A DNA stretch of 64,000 nt from Bilabrum cf. latius (taxonomy: Eukaryota), in the NCBI GenBank assembly GCA_965178125.1, contig OZ237741.1, positions 186,001-250,000 on the forward strand. The letters run 5' to 3'. The translations under genes were made by a program, and so were the position numbers. Positions 10,588 to 23,000 of the stretch are shown here, piece by piece. The stretch's first letter is position 1. Every line of letters starts with the position of its first letter. Under the pieces are notes generated by a model. That model had not been told where the DNA came from. It ran no database searches and saw nothing but the letters and a program-made list of their open reading frames with translations.

Positions 10588-13500
10588 TCATCGCAGCCCA
10601 ATGCTCCCGCTCTCGCCCCCATCGGCATCCGCCCCAAGGATACTAGCCGACACGGACGAATAGCCCGTCCCAGCGCCTCCCCCTGCCCCTGCTCCCGCGC
10701 CCAGCGCCGCTGCCGCCGCCCTCTTGCCCAGCACCTGGTCCACGAAACGCCCAGTTGGCACCCCGCTCGCATGCTTGGAGGCAGACGCCTGCCCCCTCCC
10801 CCCCCTCCTCGTCCCCGTCCTCCTCCCGCTCCCGCTCCTGGACCGAGACCTGTCCCCGGCAGCGGACGCCCCTTCGTCATCCATCCCAGAGATCCGGAGC
10901 GCGGTCTGGCTCAGCTCCAGCGCCTCCTGCAGCTCCCTAATCGTCGAGTCCCGGCTCCGCAACCTCCCCGCCGCCCTGTCCACCTCTTCCTTGCTCTGGG
11001 ACAGGGCGCGCTCCGCCTCCCTCCGCTTGCCCCGCTCCTCCGCCACGGCGCGATCCGCCCTGGACGCGGTGCTCAGCAGCTCCTCCCGCAGCCTCCTCAC
11101 CTTTCCCACATATCTCTCGGCTCGTGCCTTGCTGCTGTCCAGCTGCCGCCTCAGGTCCTTGGCCTCATCCGTGCCTCCCTTGCTCGCAGACTGCATGGCT
11201 CGGGCCTGCCGCCTGGCGTTCCTCTTCTCCCTCTCCGCCTCCTCCTTGGCCAGCTCGGCGTGCTTCTTCGCCTTGTCTAGCTCTTTCCGCAGCCTCTTGC
11301 TCTCGGCCTGGAGCCGCGCCCGGTCGTCGCTCTCGCGAGAGGCTGACCGCAGCAGGTCAGCCGCCTCCGCCGCGGCATCGTTGAACTCGCGGCACACGCC
11401 CAGCACGTCTGACACGGCCCCCCCCTCCTCCTCCGTGACCCCGTCCCTGGCACCCTCGCCTGCTCCCATCTTGCTCCCCGCGGCAGCTGCGAAGCCGTGG
11501 GCCTGCAACCTCGCGAGCAGGGGCCACCTCGCAGCGGCTCGGCGGGATCGGGACATGGGACTGGCCGCCGCTCCACCCTTGCCCACTGGCGCCCCATCAC
11601 CGATGCCAGCACCGGCAGCCTCTTCCCCTCCTGACTGTCCCAGGGGCATGACGCCCACCACAGCAGCCTCCAGCACCCCCGCGGCCCGCCTCACCGCCCC
11701 CTCCAGTGCCTCTGCCCTCTCCCGCACTGCCAGCCCCGCACCGCCCGCCCTCGCCTCTGCCTCGCCAGCGGCTCTCCTCGCATCCTCCACCTCGGCTCGA
11801 GACCTCCTCGCCTGCTCCTCCGCGGCATCCGCCCGCTCCCTCTCCGCCTCAAGCCGCGCCCGCACAACCGCGAGGGCAGAGGCCCTCGCCTGTGCCCGTG
11901 CTGCTACGCGACGGACAGCATCCGCCACGGCCCGACCAGCGTCGTCAAAGCCGTCCCTAACCGCGTCCCTTGTGCCCCTGCACGCCGCCCGCACGGCCTC
12001 CAGAGGGGCCCTCAGGTCTGTTCCCACGTGCCTCACCCGCAGCCCGATGGCCCTCAGCCTCGCCTCGCCCTCCGTGGAGGCGGCCGCGGAGGCTGCGAGC
12101 GTCCTCCTCGTGGCCTCGTGCTCCCTCTGCTCCGACCTGAGTGCCTCCTGTGCCTCCTTGAGCCTGTTCTCCAGGACCCCCACGCGGTCACTCGCGTCCT
12201 ATCCGTTGACCTTCTCCGTCCCTAGCTCCGCCCTGGCTCGCCCCAGCGCGTCCTCGGTCTCCTCCAGCCGCACCCGCAGCACCTGCAGCTGCGCGTGGCC
12301 CTCCGCCCTCGCCGTCTCTCCCTCCGTCCTGGCCCTCTGCAGGGCCTCCTTGGTTGCTCGCAGCTCTGCCGCCAGCTGGTGCACCTCCTGCCCTGCGCCC
12401 GGCTTGCCTTGTGAAAGAGCCCTGGCGCCGCGCGATGCCCCGGACGGCGAAGGAGACACGCCCCCGTCCTGCACCTGGACCATCCTCGACTGCCTGTCTG
12501 CCTCCACCGACAGGGCCTTCCTCGCAGCCTGCAGCTCCTCCCTGACCGCCTTCAGGTCGGCCTAGGCATCCAGCCCCTTGCGCTCGGCGTACTCCCTGGC
12601 TCGCTCGGCCTCGCCCGCCGACTGCTGACTGCTCTCCAGCTGGGCCCCGAGCTCGCCCGCCTTGCGCTGGGCCTCCTCCGCCGCCCGCTTGGCAGCCGCC
12701 AGCTCTCCACGGAGCGACTCCTCCACGCTCCTCGCCTGCGTCAGGACGTCCTCCCTCTCCGCGTCTGCCACGGAGAGCCTGCCCTCCGCCACGGACAGCC
12801 TCTGCTGCAGGTCCCCTTTGAGCTCGTCCACCCGAGCCTCCCCCCTTGCCTCTGCCTCTCTCCGTGCGCTCTCCACAGCGGCCTTGGACTGCTGCTCTGC
12901 AAGCCTCTGCGCCCGCAGCAGGGCAGCCTCGTGCTCCTGCCGGGGAACAGTGGCGTCCTTCAGGGCATCGATCTCCTGCCGCAGCCCCTCGGCCTGTTCC
13001 CTGGCCCGTCTCGCCTCCCCCTCGGCCTCCCCCAGCCGCTCCCCCATCAGCCGCTGGTACTCCCCGTGCAGCCGCCTTGCGAGGTCCTCCTGCTGGGCCT
13101 GCGCCGCGTCCCTCTGCAAGGCAGCGGCCTGGCTGGCTGCACGCACCTGCCCCTCCAGCTCGTTGATCCGTGCAGATGCGGCCTGCTGGCCGCTCTTAAG
13201 CTCCTGCGTGGCCTGCTCCAGCGACTTGTGCGCGTCGGCAAGCCGTTCCCCGGCCAGCGCCGCCTCACCCCTCGCCCGCAATGCCTCGCTGGAGGCCTGT
13301 CTCGCATCCTCCTCTGCTTGCTCCCTGCGCTGGCGGTCCTCTTCAGACTCCCTTTCTGCCTTCTCGGCCCGCTGCTGCTCCCCCACTGCCCGCTCTGCCG
13401 CTTTCTCAGCCTCTGCCTCCGCCTGCGTGCACCCCTCGCTGGCCCGATCCAGATCCTCCCTGCACCGAGCCAGCTCAGCCTCCAGAGCGCCGACCCTCTC

Positions 13501-14685
13501 CGCCGCGGCCTGCCTCGCCTGCGCCAACTCGGTGGCGGAGGCGCGAGCTGCGTCACTGGCCGCTGACTCGGCCGCGCGCAACCCCTCCAGCGCCTTGGAG
13601 GCCTCCTCTCTTGCGTCTGCTGCCTCTTTCCTGGCCGCCTGGGCCTCCTCCTCCGCCTCCCGCGCCCGTTTCTCTGCCCGCCCCTGCATCTCCTGAGCGT
13701 CTTCCGCCTCCAGTCTCTGGGCTTCCGCCGCCTCCTCCGCGACTCGGAGCCGTTCCCTCAGCTCCCTGGCCGCCTCGACCGCCTGCTGGAAGCGAGCACC
13801 CAGGTCACGCAGGCTCGCCTGTTTCTCGTCGGAATTCTCCTGCAGCTCCCTCACGCGGCGTTCCAGGGCGTGCGCGTGCGTGGCAGCCTGCGCGCGACCA
13901 ACTCGCTCGTCGCTCGCGCGCTCCTGCGCGGACTCTGCCCTTCCCTCCGCCTCTGAGCGAGCGCGGTGCAGCGCGGACAGCTCCTCCCTGGCACGCTCTA
14001 GCTCTGCCCGCTCGTGCTACGAGGCCGCGCTGAGCTCGGCGGCTGCGGCTCTCGACTGGGACAAGCGCTCTCGCAGGCGATCTCGCTCGGTCTCGAGGGC
14101 CGCGACACGCTCCTCGGCCCGCGAGGCCTGCTCGCTCAAAGCACCTGCTCGGCCGCGCTCCACGCGGAGCACGTCTGCGAGCCGAGCTGCCTCGGCTTCC
14201 CGGGTGGCTAGGCGATACATAATCTGCTGCGTATGCTACGACTGCTCCTTGGCGATGGCATCGCGCAGCACCTCGGCCGCCCTGGCCGGCACGAAGGACG
14301 CAGTCGCGTCCGATTGTGCCAGCACCTGGGACGCCTCGTCGGAGCGAGCAGCTCCGCCCGCCACGGCCTGCTCCACAGCACCTGCAATTCTTTGTAATCG
14401 CTCTGAGTACGTGGCGCGCAACGCATCAAACTTGGACCTCGCCAATGCTTGCGCAGTCGCTGCATCCGTAGCAACCACCAGGTCGTGTGAGCGACTCGTC
14501 CCGGTCCCAGCAGAACTATGCGGTCCGAACCCAGCCGACATCCCAGATGCAGTTGGTAGCACAACTAGCTAGTGCTACAGCCCATCCCAGTTGCCAGATG
14601 CCGCATCGCGGCCTGCTGGTGCACCAACGGCGACTGCTCCTGGCCAAGCCCCTCCTGTCGCTGATCCTGCGTCGATGCCTGCCAT
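10588..14685 (-). CDS. Large Ala/Glu/Arg-rich coiled-coil protein (~1365 aa), family not recognised
   Basis: Five listed ORFs are in the same frame and separated only by TAG (14575, 14569, 14236, 14017, 12562, 12199). ATG at 14685, TGA at 10588. Confidence 0.8.
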
Positions 14686-14933
14686 ACTCAAGCGGAGCAG
14701 GTGTGATTTATACTGAGTGTTGCCTCAGCGAAGATAAAATAGCAGATATATTTTGTCCTTGGGTCAATTTTGGGCAGGAAAGTTCGGACCCGTTGGTCGG
14801 CGGTTGCAACCACCAAGGACAGCAATCGATCGCGGCAGCGCGTAGTAAATCGATGGCATGTCCCGCACCTCACGAACGTAACGCCGACACGCAACGCTCC
14901 CCATCAGGTAAGGCCACCAGTCCCCCGCCCCTC

Positions 14934-15765
14934 TCACCCCGCCACGGCGAACAGGCACGCGAAGTTGTCGGGACTGTCTGCCAGCGCCAGGTGGCCCCCC
15001 TCGCTGCCCCCGCCGCCCAGCTGCCAGTGCTGGTACACCCCGCCCGATGAGGATGAGAGCGGTGACGTGTTCTCTCCCGGGATGCCCTTGCAGGGCAGCA
15101 GCCTGACGTCGTAGCTGTACAGCAGCCCGTTCTGCTTGCTGCTGCTGCTGCTGCTGCTGATGCTGGTGCTGGTGCTGGTGCTGGTGCTGGTGCTGGTGCT
15201 GCTGGTGCTGCTCGCCCCCAGGACAACGGCCGACACGCACATGCGCTCGCCGCTGGGACCTGGGAGGTGCGATACCAAGAATGTGACGTCTCCCCATTCG
15301 ACAGCCTGCGCCTTGCCGCGGAGGCTTGCTGGTCGCGGTCCGCTCTCGGCTGGGAGCTGCAGTGGTGGCGCTGTAGGTCCGTCCCACAGCTGCCCCTGCA
15401 CCCCGCATGCGGATTGGCCGTACTCCAGGGCATTCGAGCATGTATCGGTGCTCAACGTGGCGTTGATTTTGGCGTCACAGTTTGGCACGGACAGGCACTG
15501 TCCGTTGGCTGCATTACGAACATGGTCCGGCGAAAACGTAGTCGCGTTGATGGTCCAAGTGTCCGTGTTAGGCGTATTGAAGCAATTCTACACTTCAAGA
15601 CTATATGACGCATCTGCAAGAGTCTAACTCCAAAGAAAGGTGTGGATAGTAGCAGGAATACCGGCCGAGCTGACCCATGTTACAGAGTTGCAGGTTCAAG
15701 CTGTTCTTACGTGCTCGTGCAGCGAGTGCAAGCGCTGGCAATAGCAGAGCCAGAGTGGATTGCAT
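14934..15765 (-). CDS. Secreted Cys-containing protein, possibly ricin-B lectin-like
   Basis: Signal-like MQSTLALLLPALALAARA and intron 15614-15710. Motifs NGQCLSV, GQLW, YQHWQL resemble QxW repeats. TAG at 15588, (ST)n insert, ends TGA. Confidence 0.6.
15137..15210. repeat. Compound microsatellite (gct)n/(gctggt)n within coding sequence
   Basis: Directly visible. Encodes the STSTST...SSSS run on the minus strand. Confidence 0.9.
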
Positions 15766-15977
15766 CAGAAAAGACACTGACTGTACTGAGCACGACACCG
15801 TTGTCTAGACTACTTGTCCGGGCTGATCACTCGGCACAGATCCGGATCGCACGTTACCAATTGCAGAAAGATATGACACTGGGCTCACGGAGAATATTTG
15901 CTCAGCTAGGCTATTTGTGATGTCTCGATGACTCGCCAATTTGTGTAGCAAACTGCAACTGCCTGGCTAGTCCCGTG

Positions 15978-18419
15978 ATGATGTCTGCGTCTGCAGGCAA
16001 GAGTGGCTCGAAGCTCTTTTCGCAGGTGATGGATGACTGCCTCGAAATAATTCAAAATCCGAACGAGATGCAGGTAAGGTTGAATGAATTCAAACTGGCG
16101 GACGTTCTGTCGGTGCGGGGCCTCCTCAAGACTGCGGCTCAAGTACGTCGATTGAAGGTTCAGTATGTGGACGGAGCAGATACAGAGCTGGCAAGCATGG
16201 TGCACGACGTCGCACTGAGCGTGCCGTTGATGCAGATCGACTTCTGCGGTGCAATATCATTCTTGCGTTGCCCATAGCTTCTGAGGTCCCTGGCAGAGGC
16301 TGTAGATGCGGCAAGCGGCACCTTGGAGTGCTTGGGGCTTCCCGTAGCCCAAATGATGGATGATACTAAGCTCATTGACGCGTTAAAGGCTTCAATTTCC
16401 CAGTGTAGACACTTGCGTAGTTGTGTAGTGGAGTAGCGGTCCACAGATGGGCTGGGATGGTCGTCTGGACCGGACACGATGGATCTCGCCAGCTGCATCG
16501 CAGCTGCTCCGCACTTGAAGAAGCTCACCGCCAGGTCTCATCGGGCTGATAGCCTTTTGTGTGCCGGTGTGCTGCAGTCGAATCGGTCAATCCAGGTACT
16601 CGAGGGTGTCGACCTGTCTGGAGGACAAATGCTGGAATCATCGCGACTGTGGGAGGCGGTGGGCAGCAGCCCGAGCCTGAGAGAGCTCACGTGGCTGCCA
16701 CCTGTAGCGGGCGATACAGAAGGCATCAAGGCCTTGGAAGAGGGCATGGCGAAGAACACGACCCTCACGAGTCTCAAGCTGCGGCACGGGCTGAGCTCGT
16801 CGGGGGCCTGCTTCTTGGCGATCACGCGCGGCCTCGCCCGCAACCGACGTAACCGGCTCAGAGAGGTGTGTGTTGAGGCGTTCATCGAAAATACAGACGA
16901 GGAGTATGCGGGCAAGCTTCTGAACGTGTGCCCTCGCTTGCAGCAGCTGCGCCTGCACCGTGTGGGGGAGGAGGCGGCGAGTCACCTTGCTGCCGGCATG
17001 CAGCACCGGCACTGCAGACTCAAGCAATTGTGCATTCGAAGTCTTGAGGCCTCAGCAGAGACATAGAACGCGTTTATGGAGGCCTTGCACAGCTGCTCGG
17101 ACTCGCTTGAGAAGCTGCAGGTGATCCATTCGAACTTCGACAACGACCAAGGCGTAAGATCGCTGGCCTCCTGGCTTCGGACCAACACACGACTGGAGGT
17201 GCTGCAGTTCGGGCTATGCTCCGCCAATAGCTCTCAAGATGGTGAAGCCGCTTATACGGAGCTGCTCGAGGCGCTCTCCGTCAATGACACGCTGCTGACC
17301 GCTTACGTCCCCATGTCGCTGCCCGGACCGGCCTCCCCAAAGTTGGTAAGGGCTGTAGCAGCCATGCTGGAGTCAAACCACTCGCTGACTGCATGGGTCT
17401 GTCCCGGCATGCTGCTAGATTCCTTCCCAGGGGTCTCGCACGAAGCAGGGCCTGACGCGACCATCCTGCGCGCCCTCAGCATGAACCGCAGCATCGAGAG
17501 GTTCCGCATCAATCTCCTGGAACCTCAGGCAGCGAATGCCCAACTGCTAGAAGCAGCTGTAGGCAACCCCTCACTAGATACGCTCGGTGCATTGGGTCCG
17601 GTGCTCGGCCAGGCAACCTGCTCTGCCACACTGCAGGTGCTTAGTGACAAGGTGCCTGGCATGTTGGAGTTTCCTACCAGCGCACAGACGGACGAGGCAC
17701 ACGCGAGACGAATCTGGCCACCAAGCTCCCACACCGAGGACCGGCGGGCCTTCGTCGATCGCATGTTACGAAGGACAGAGCCGCCTGCTGCTGACGAGGC
17801 GGTGCGTCTCCTCGGTGTAGCATTTCCGTGCCAAAGGTCCTCTCACGGTGGCTTGGTGCGGCACCTCACCTTATCGGATGGGCAGCTCAAGGAGGTGTTT
17901 GAATTAGTGGTCACTGCTTTCCTCCGAGCCCTGGATGAAGTCGATTTCGCCGGCTGCTCCATCCTGGCACAGCGCCTGCTCCGACTGGCTGCAGATCGCA
18001 AGTAGCAGCAGTGTGGCCGCGAGTGGGGCGGAGTCTTCGATGCGGCCCGGCGGGTGTGTCGTGCGCACGGGGGGTGCAGGAGGGGCGAGCCGGGGGGCGA
18101 GTGGGTGGGGACCGTGAAGCGGTGCATGCAGCTGGGTGAGATGGAGGCAAAGCATCGGAGCCTTCACCTGTTGCTGTGGATGCGGGCTCATCGTGTGCGT
18201 CGGGATGCGGGCATGGTGTTCAAGGCGGCATCGGAGGGCCGTCCATTGGAGCTGGGGAAGCGTCTGCGTGTGGGGGTGCTGGGCGGAGGTCATCATGCTC
18301 GGGGTATGGTGCGTGGTGCTGATGGAGTCTTGGTGGATGTGAGCGCGTTGGAGGCAGCTCAACTGGGGGGTCACGATGAGTGCGTGCGGCTGCTGGAGGA
18401 AGCACATGGACTGGCCTGA
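15978..18419 (+). CDS. RNI-like leucine-rich repeat protein with C-terminal ankyrin-like module (paralogue A)
   Basis: Four same-frame ORFs joined by TAG at 16275, 16434, 17064, 18003. LRR units such as NTTLTSLKL, NTRLEVLQF, NDTLL, NRSIERF. Ends TGA. Confidence 0.8.
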
Positions 18420-19331
18420 TCCACAAACTGAGATTTGAAATAGTCGACGATGAGTCCATCTGATCGTGATGACCTTTACGTAAGCCGCATTAATTGCCAG
18501 CTAGACTTTCACGCCTGTCTTTATTGGCCCTGGTTGCCTCCCCAAACCACCCACCATTGCAAGAGTATGCGCACTAAGTGCACCGTACCCGATAGTCTTG
18601 GCGCCACGCCGTCACTGTCCACTATGCCGGAGCCAGTGGCATCGCCGCCTAACTCACAAGGTGGGGCTGGTATAAACAGTGACCCCCGTCACTCCCGATC
18701 CTGCCAAACACGCGCTCGGCTAAAATTTGCCAAAGACTTAGATTATTGAGGAGTGCGCCCCGGCCGATCACCTGCAAGGGAGTTACAGTGTGTCTCATGA
18801 CCTCAAGCGAGCTTGCCTGTACCGGAGGCATGCAGCATCACCCCATCGCCTCTTTCAGCAGCCGCACGCACCCATCGTGACCCCCCAGTTGAGCTGCCTC
18901 CAACGCGCTCACATCCACCTAGACTCCATCAGCACCACGCACCATACCCCGAGCATGATGACCTCCGCCCAGCACCCCCACACGCAGACGCTTCCCCAGC
19001 TCCAATGGACGGCCCTCCGATGCCGCCTTGAACACCATGCCCGCATCCCGACGCACACGATGAGCCCGCATCCACAGCAACAGGTGAAGGCTCCGATGCT
19101 TTGCCTCCATCTCACCCAGCTGCATGCACCGCTTCACGGCCCCCACCCACTCGCCCCCCGGCTCGCCCCTCCTGCACCCCCTGTGCGCGCGACACACCCG
19201 CCGGGCCGCATCGAAGACTCCGCCCCACTCGCGGCCACACTGCTGCTATTGCTTGCCGTCCGCAGCCAGTCGGAGCAGGCGCTGTGCCAGGATGGAGCAG
19301 CCGGCGAAATCGACTTCATCCAGGGCTCGGG
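17923..19331. repeat. Inverted repeat: ~17923-18396 versus ~18855-19331 (near-identical 3' ends of the two LRR genes)
   Basis: Direct reverse-complement match by eye, with few substitutions and one 3-nt indel. A further matching block is ~17730-17828 versus ~19423-19520. Confidence 0.92.
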
Positions 19332-21279
19332 TGATTGCTTCGGCAACGAACCGAAATACCTTGCGAAGCTGCTCAGCCGACAGGACTAGAGCGGGGACCA
19401 ATTCAAAGCGTTTCTATGGTTGCGGAAATGCTACACCGAGGAGACGCACCGCCTCGTCAGCAGAAGGCGGCTCTGTCCTTCGCAACATGCGATCGACGAA
19501 GGCGCGGCGGTCCTCGGTGTGTACAGTGTGGTCCCACACCGGTCGAATCATACCCGTGTCGGCACATCGGACTTCCCCAGGAAATCTGAGCATGCTTGGG
19601 GCAACCTTCGACAGTGTGCCTACTACCTCTGCGGCAGTTGTCTCGTCTAGCCTTGGGTTTGCCCTACAGTGCTCAATCGCATCGAGTGACGGGTTGCTCG
19701 CCACAGCTTCAAGCAGCATCATGCCGTGCTCGTTCCACAAAGCATCGCAGACTTGCACTGAGAGACTGCATATGCTGCGATTGCTCGCGAGTGCAGCCAG
19801 CAGGGCCTATGATTCCTTGCTCTATGCTCTGGTCTACCCTCCCCCTCCCTCAGCCGTGCGGAGCGGGAGAGTCTGCGGCCAGTGCACCAACGAGTGGTTG
19901 GCACGCAGTGTGTCTGCCATCGCGAGCAAAACCTCCGAACCCTGATCACCTCCAACGAGCGATAGATCCACCGATAGCAACGTGTCATTGTGCGCAAGCG
20001 CACGCAGGATGGTGATGGCGCCATCCGACCGCATGGAGTCGCACTCGATATCGAGAGACTCCAGTTTCGTATCATCGCGTATCCAGTCGGCGATGGCAGG
20101 CGCATCGGAGTCATCGAAGTTTGACTACTGCGTCAAAAAGTTCTCAAGCGAGTCGCAGCACGGGCAACAGCGGAGAGCCTGCAGCAAGAGCCTGCGGCAT
20201 TCTTTGTTGGCAAACAAGTTAGCTACTGACAGTTTCTTGAGGTTGCAACTGGCTTCCTTGAGGCCATTGACCAAGTACTGCACGCCAGCATCATCCAGTG
20301 CGTCCAGCCATATCTCCTACAGCTGCGGGCACAGTCCTACAAGCCTGCCACCATGTGGTTGATCATCATCCTCGACTGTTGCAGGGAGATCAAGACTGCG
20401 CAATCGATTTCGGCCGTTTCGGGCCAGCCCATCGGCGAGAGCCCTGCAGCACACGACAGGCAGGAAGGGGTGGTCTCCTAGCGAAAGGCTCGTCAGGCAC
20501 GTGTTGGTGGCCATGCACTCATCCAGAGCTTTCTACCCCTCCTCGTCCGTCAACTTGGGAGAGATCCATGTCAGGTCTTCAAGGGTCCTGCTGCCCGCCA
20601 CTGCCCTCCAAAAGCGGGCATCCCGGTGCCCCGGGAGGCACTCGAGGACCGTGCACTTGAGCGTGCGGATGGTTCTGCTGTGCTGGAGTAGCCCAGAGCA
20701 GATCGGACTGTCGCTCCGTAAGTAATTTACCACCACTTCTTGCAGTACGGGTGCCGCTGCGATGCACCGGCCCAACTCGAAAGTCTCCAGCGACAAGTCT
20801 GGTTGCTCTGATTCTGCGACGTTCATCCCAAGCAATCGACACGTCTTCAATCGCAAGCAGCGAGACAGTGCACTTGGTAGCAGTCCCTGCAGCTTATGAT
20901 CGCCTAGTAGCGGTCCTAATGGCAACTCCAGTGACTCCAGCTGTTCGGCGAGACGGGACACTACCAAGAACACAGATCGAACTACGGCAGGCTCGAGCAT
21001 GCAGCCGAATGCGTCGCCCAGCTCTAAATCATTCACATGCGGGAAATTGCGAGATGTAATGCCCACGCCGGTCTCCTCGGTTGCGCCGGATATCTTTATC
21101 ACTCGCAGTTGCGGTGCCGCCCTCATAGCTTCGCATGCTCCAATTAAGTCCGCATGGGGCATGTATGCTGGTGTAAAGTGGGCCCTGCAGACATTTTGAA
21201 CGATTGAAGCGGTCGGCATGCCAGTGAATGCTGATGAGCAGGATAGCAAAACTCTGTTGTTGCCGTCTCTCAGCTGCAT
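18838..21279 (-). CDS. RNI-like leucine-rich repeat protein (paralogue B), convergent with paralogue A
   Basis: Single frame with nine TAGs (20533, 20317, 20125, 19834, 19822, 19807, 19414, 19246, 18919). Colinear with A (e.g. LGRCIAAAP vs LASCIAAAP, GLARNGRNRLR vs GLARNRRNRLR, HTEDRRAFVDRMLRR). Ends TGA 18838. Confidence 0.8.
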
Positions 21280-21605
21280 GATGAGGACTGCGAGGCCAAG
21301 CTTATATCGTAATCAAGTCCAAGTCTCAGGTTTCCGAATGAATTATTATATAGAGGCTCAGCAACCACGGAGTACTGATGAACTACTGGATCCGGACAAG
21401 CCGCCTGCTTGTACATTTATACTCCCTCTCATTTCAGCATGCCAATAGTAGATCTAGATGCATGAGGCATTCATCAGCGAGTCGTTATGGTTGGTTCCTT
21501 CATGGTAGGCCAGCCGAGTTTGCGTCACAATGCCGCGCCCCCGTCACTACGAGGGTGAGATTGAGAATGCAGTGCTTCAGTGGCCTTCCCGGACCGGCTG
21601 AGCAA

Positions 21606-22849
21606 TTAGTGGCCCAGAGCTTGTTGTAGCAGTCTTTCGCACTCGTCATGATCCCCCAGCCGAGCTGCCTCAAGCGGACTGACTTGCCTTTTGGAACCAG
21701 ATCCATCCGTAATCTCGCCCTTGATCTCCAGCCCGCCCGCCAGCTTGCCCAGCCTCAGCCTCCTGGCCAGCTCCATGGGCCTGCCCTCAGCTGCTGCCTA
21801 GAACACCATTCCCGCGTCCCTCTTGGCCTCAGCAGCACGCCGGAATCGATTCATGCGCTGCATCCGGGGGCTCAGCCAAGCCACGTCCTGCAGCCTCCCG
21901 CTCACTCTGTCCCTGCGGTGGAACAGCTCCCTCAGCGCCACCCGCGGGTCACCATGCCCCGCCGCCAGCGCCTCTGTGATGGCGACGTGGCTCCGCTCGC
22001 CTGGCAATAGGCCCGAGGCCTGGCTGAATACACTTCGCCGGTGCACATACAAGGCTTCCTCCGGCAGCTTGCCCGCGTAGTGATCCCGAGTGCCGCGGAT
22101 GTCCATGCGGGCCCCGGCGTCGAGCAGCACGGCCACGCAGCTGGCACTAGCCTGGTGCACGGCATCGTGCAGGGGCGTGGCTCCCCACTGCGACCATCAA
22201 TAGGTTGGTACCAATGCTGTACGGCTGGTGGCTGGTGGCGCAAGGGTGCGTGCGCCCTGCGGCGAGTCGTGAGCAAATCGAAATTGTTTATTCTCACCTC
22301 GTTTACGGCATTGATGTCTGCGCCGGCTTTGATCAATGCCCGGCAGATAGCAGGCTCCTTGTCATACGCGGATCTATGCAACGGTGTTACGCCAAACTGC
22401 GATGGAATCTTAAGCACAGCAAGGCTGTCACTGGTAGTGCAGCCTGCGGGCTCGAAGCGTGATGCGGTTTTAGACCACCCATAGGGGCTCACGTCACTGT
22501 CCACATTAACACAATTCCCCATTCTGCATATCTATTGCACCATTGCGATATTTTTCGACACGATCGCAGCAAAGAGTAATGTCTGGCCATCCTGCGTGCG
22601 CAGAACACAGCGAGTGTGATACATTGCATTGGACACTGGTCCGTGCAGAGATACATCGTACTGCAATACAAAATGAGTATTGTTATCACTTACACAGTGA
22701 CGGTTAATGGTTGTGACAAGGATACTCAACTGGACGTCAGACAGGGACTCTGCCATGGCTTTGGCGGTGGCTACATCCCCCCTCTTTACCACAGGCCAGA
22801 ACTCTGCCAATTTGTTGCGTATCTCAAAATGATTGTGCACACCACTCAT
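21606..22849 (-). CDS. Ankyrin repeat protein sharing its C-terminal module with the LRR paralogues
   Basis: Ankyrin motifs DGQTLLFAA, FGVTPLHRSA, LIKAGADIN, WGATPLHDAV. Probable introns 22592-22693, 22397-22492, 22188-22297. TAG at 22532 and 21798. Ends TAA 21606. Confidence 0.8.
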
Positions 22850-23000
22850 TGAAATTAGTTGTATGGAAATTAGTTGTAAACAGAGTCCAAATATGAAATC
22901 CGAACCCAAGTACTTTATTGCTGTTCGTGTAAATGTACAGTGCTGTTATTGGTATTCACAGGGCGATTGCCGCTGTGCAATCAATAACAAATTGTTGAAT

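Noticed and set aside
10724-13696. Long plus-strand Ser/Ala-rich ORFs (also 28505-30055, 49370-50053, 61301-63559, and minus 7352-8755, 55161-56615)
   Set aside because: They are antisense shadows of real GC-rich genes and have no independent motifs.
17923-19331. Transposon terminal inverted repeats
   Set aside because: The arms are coding 3' ends of paralogous genes, and there is no transposase or target-site duplication.
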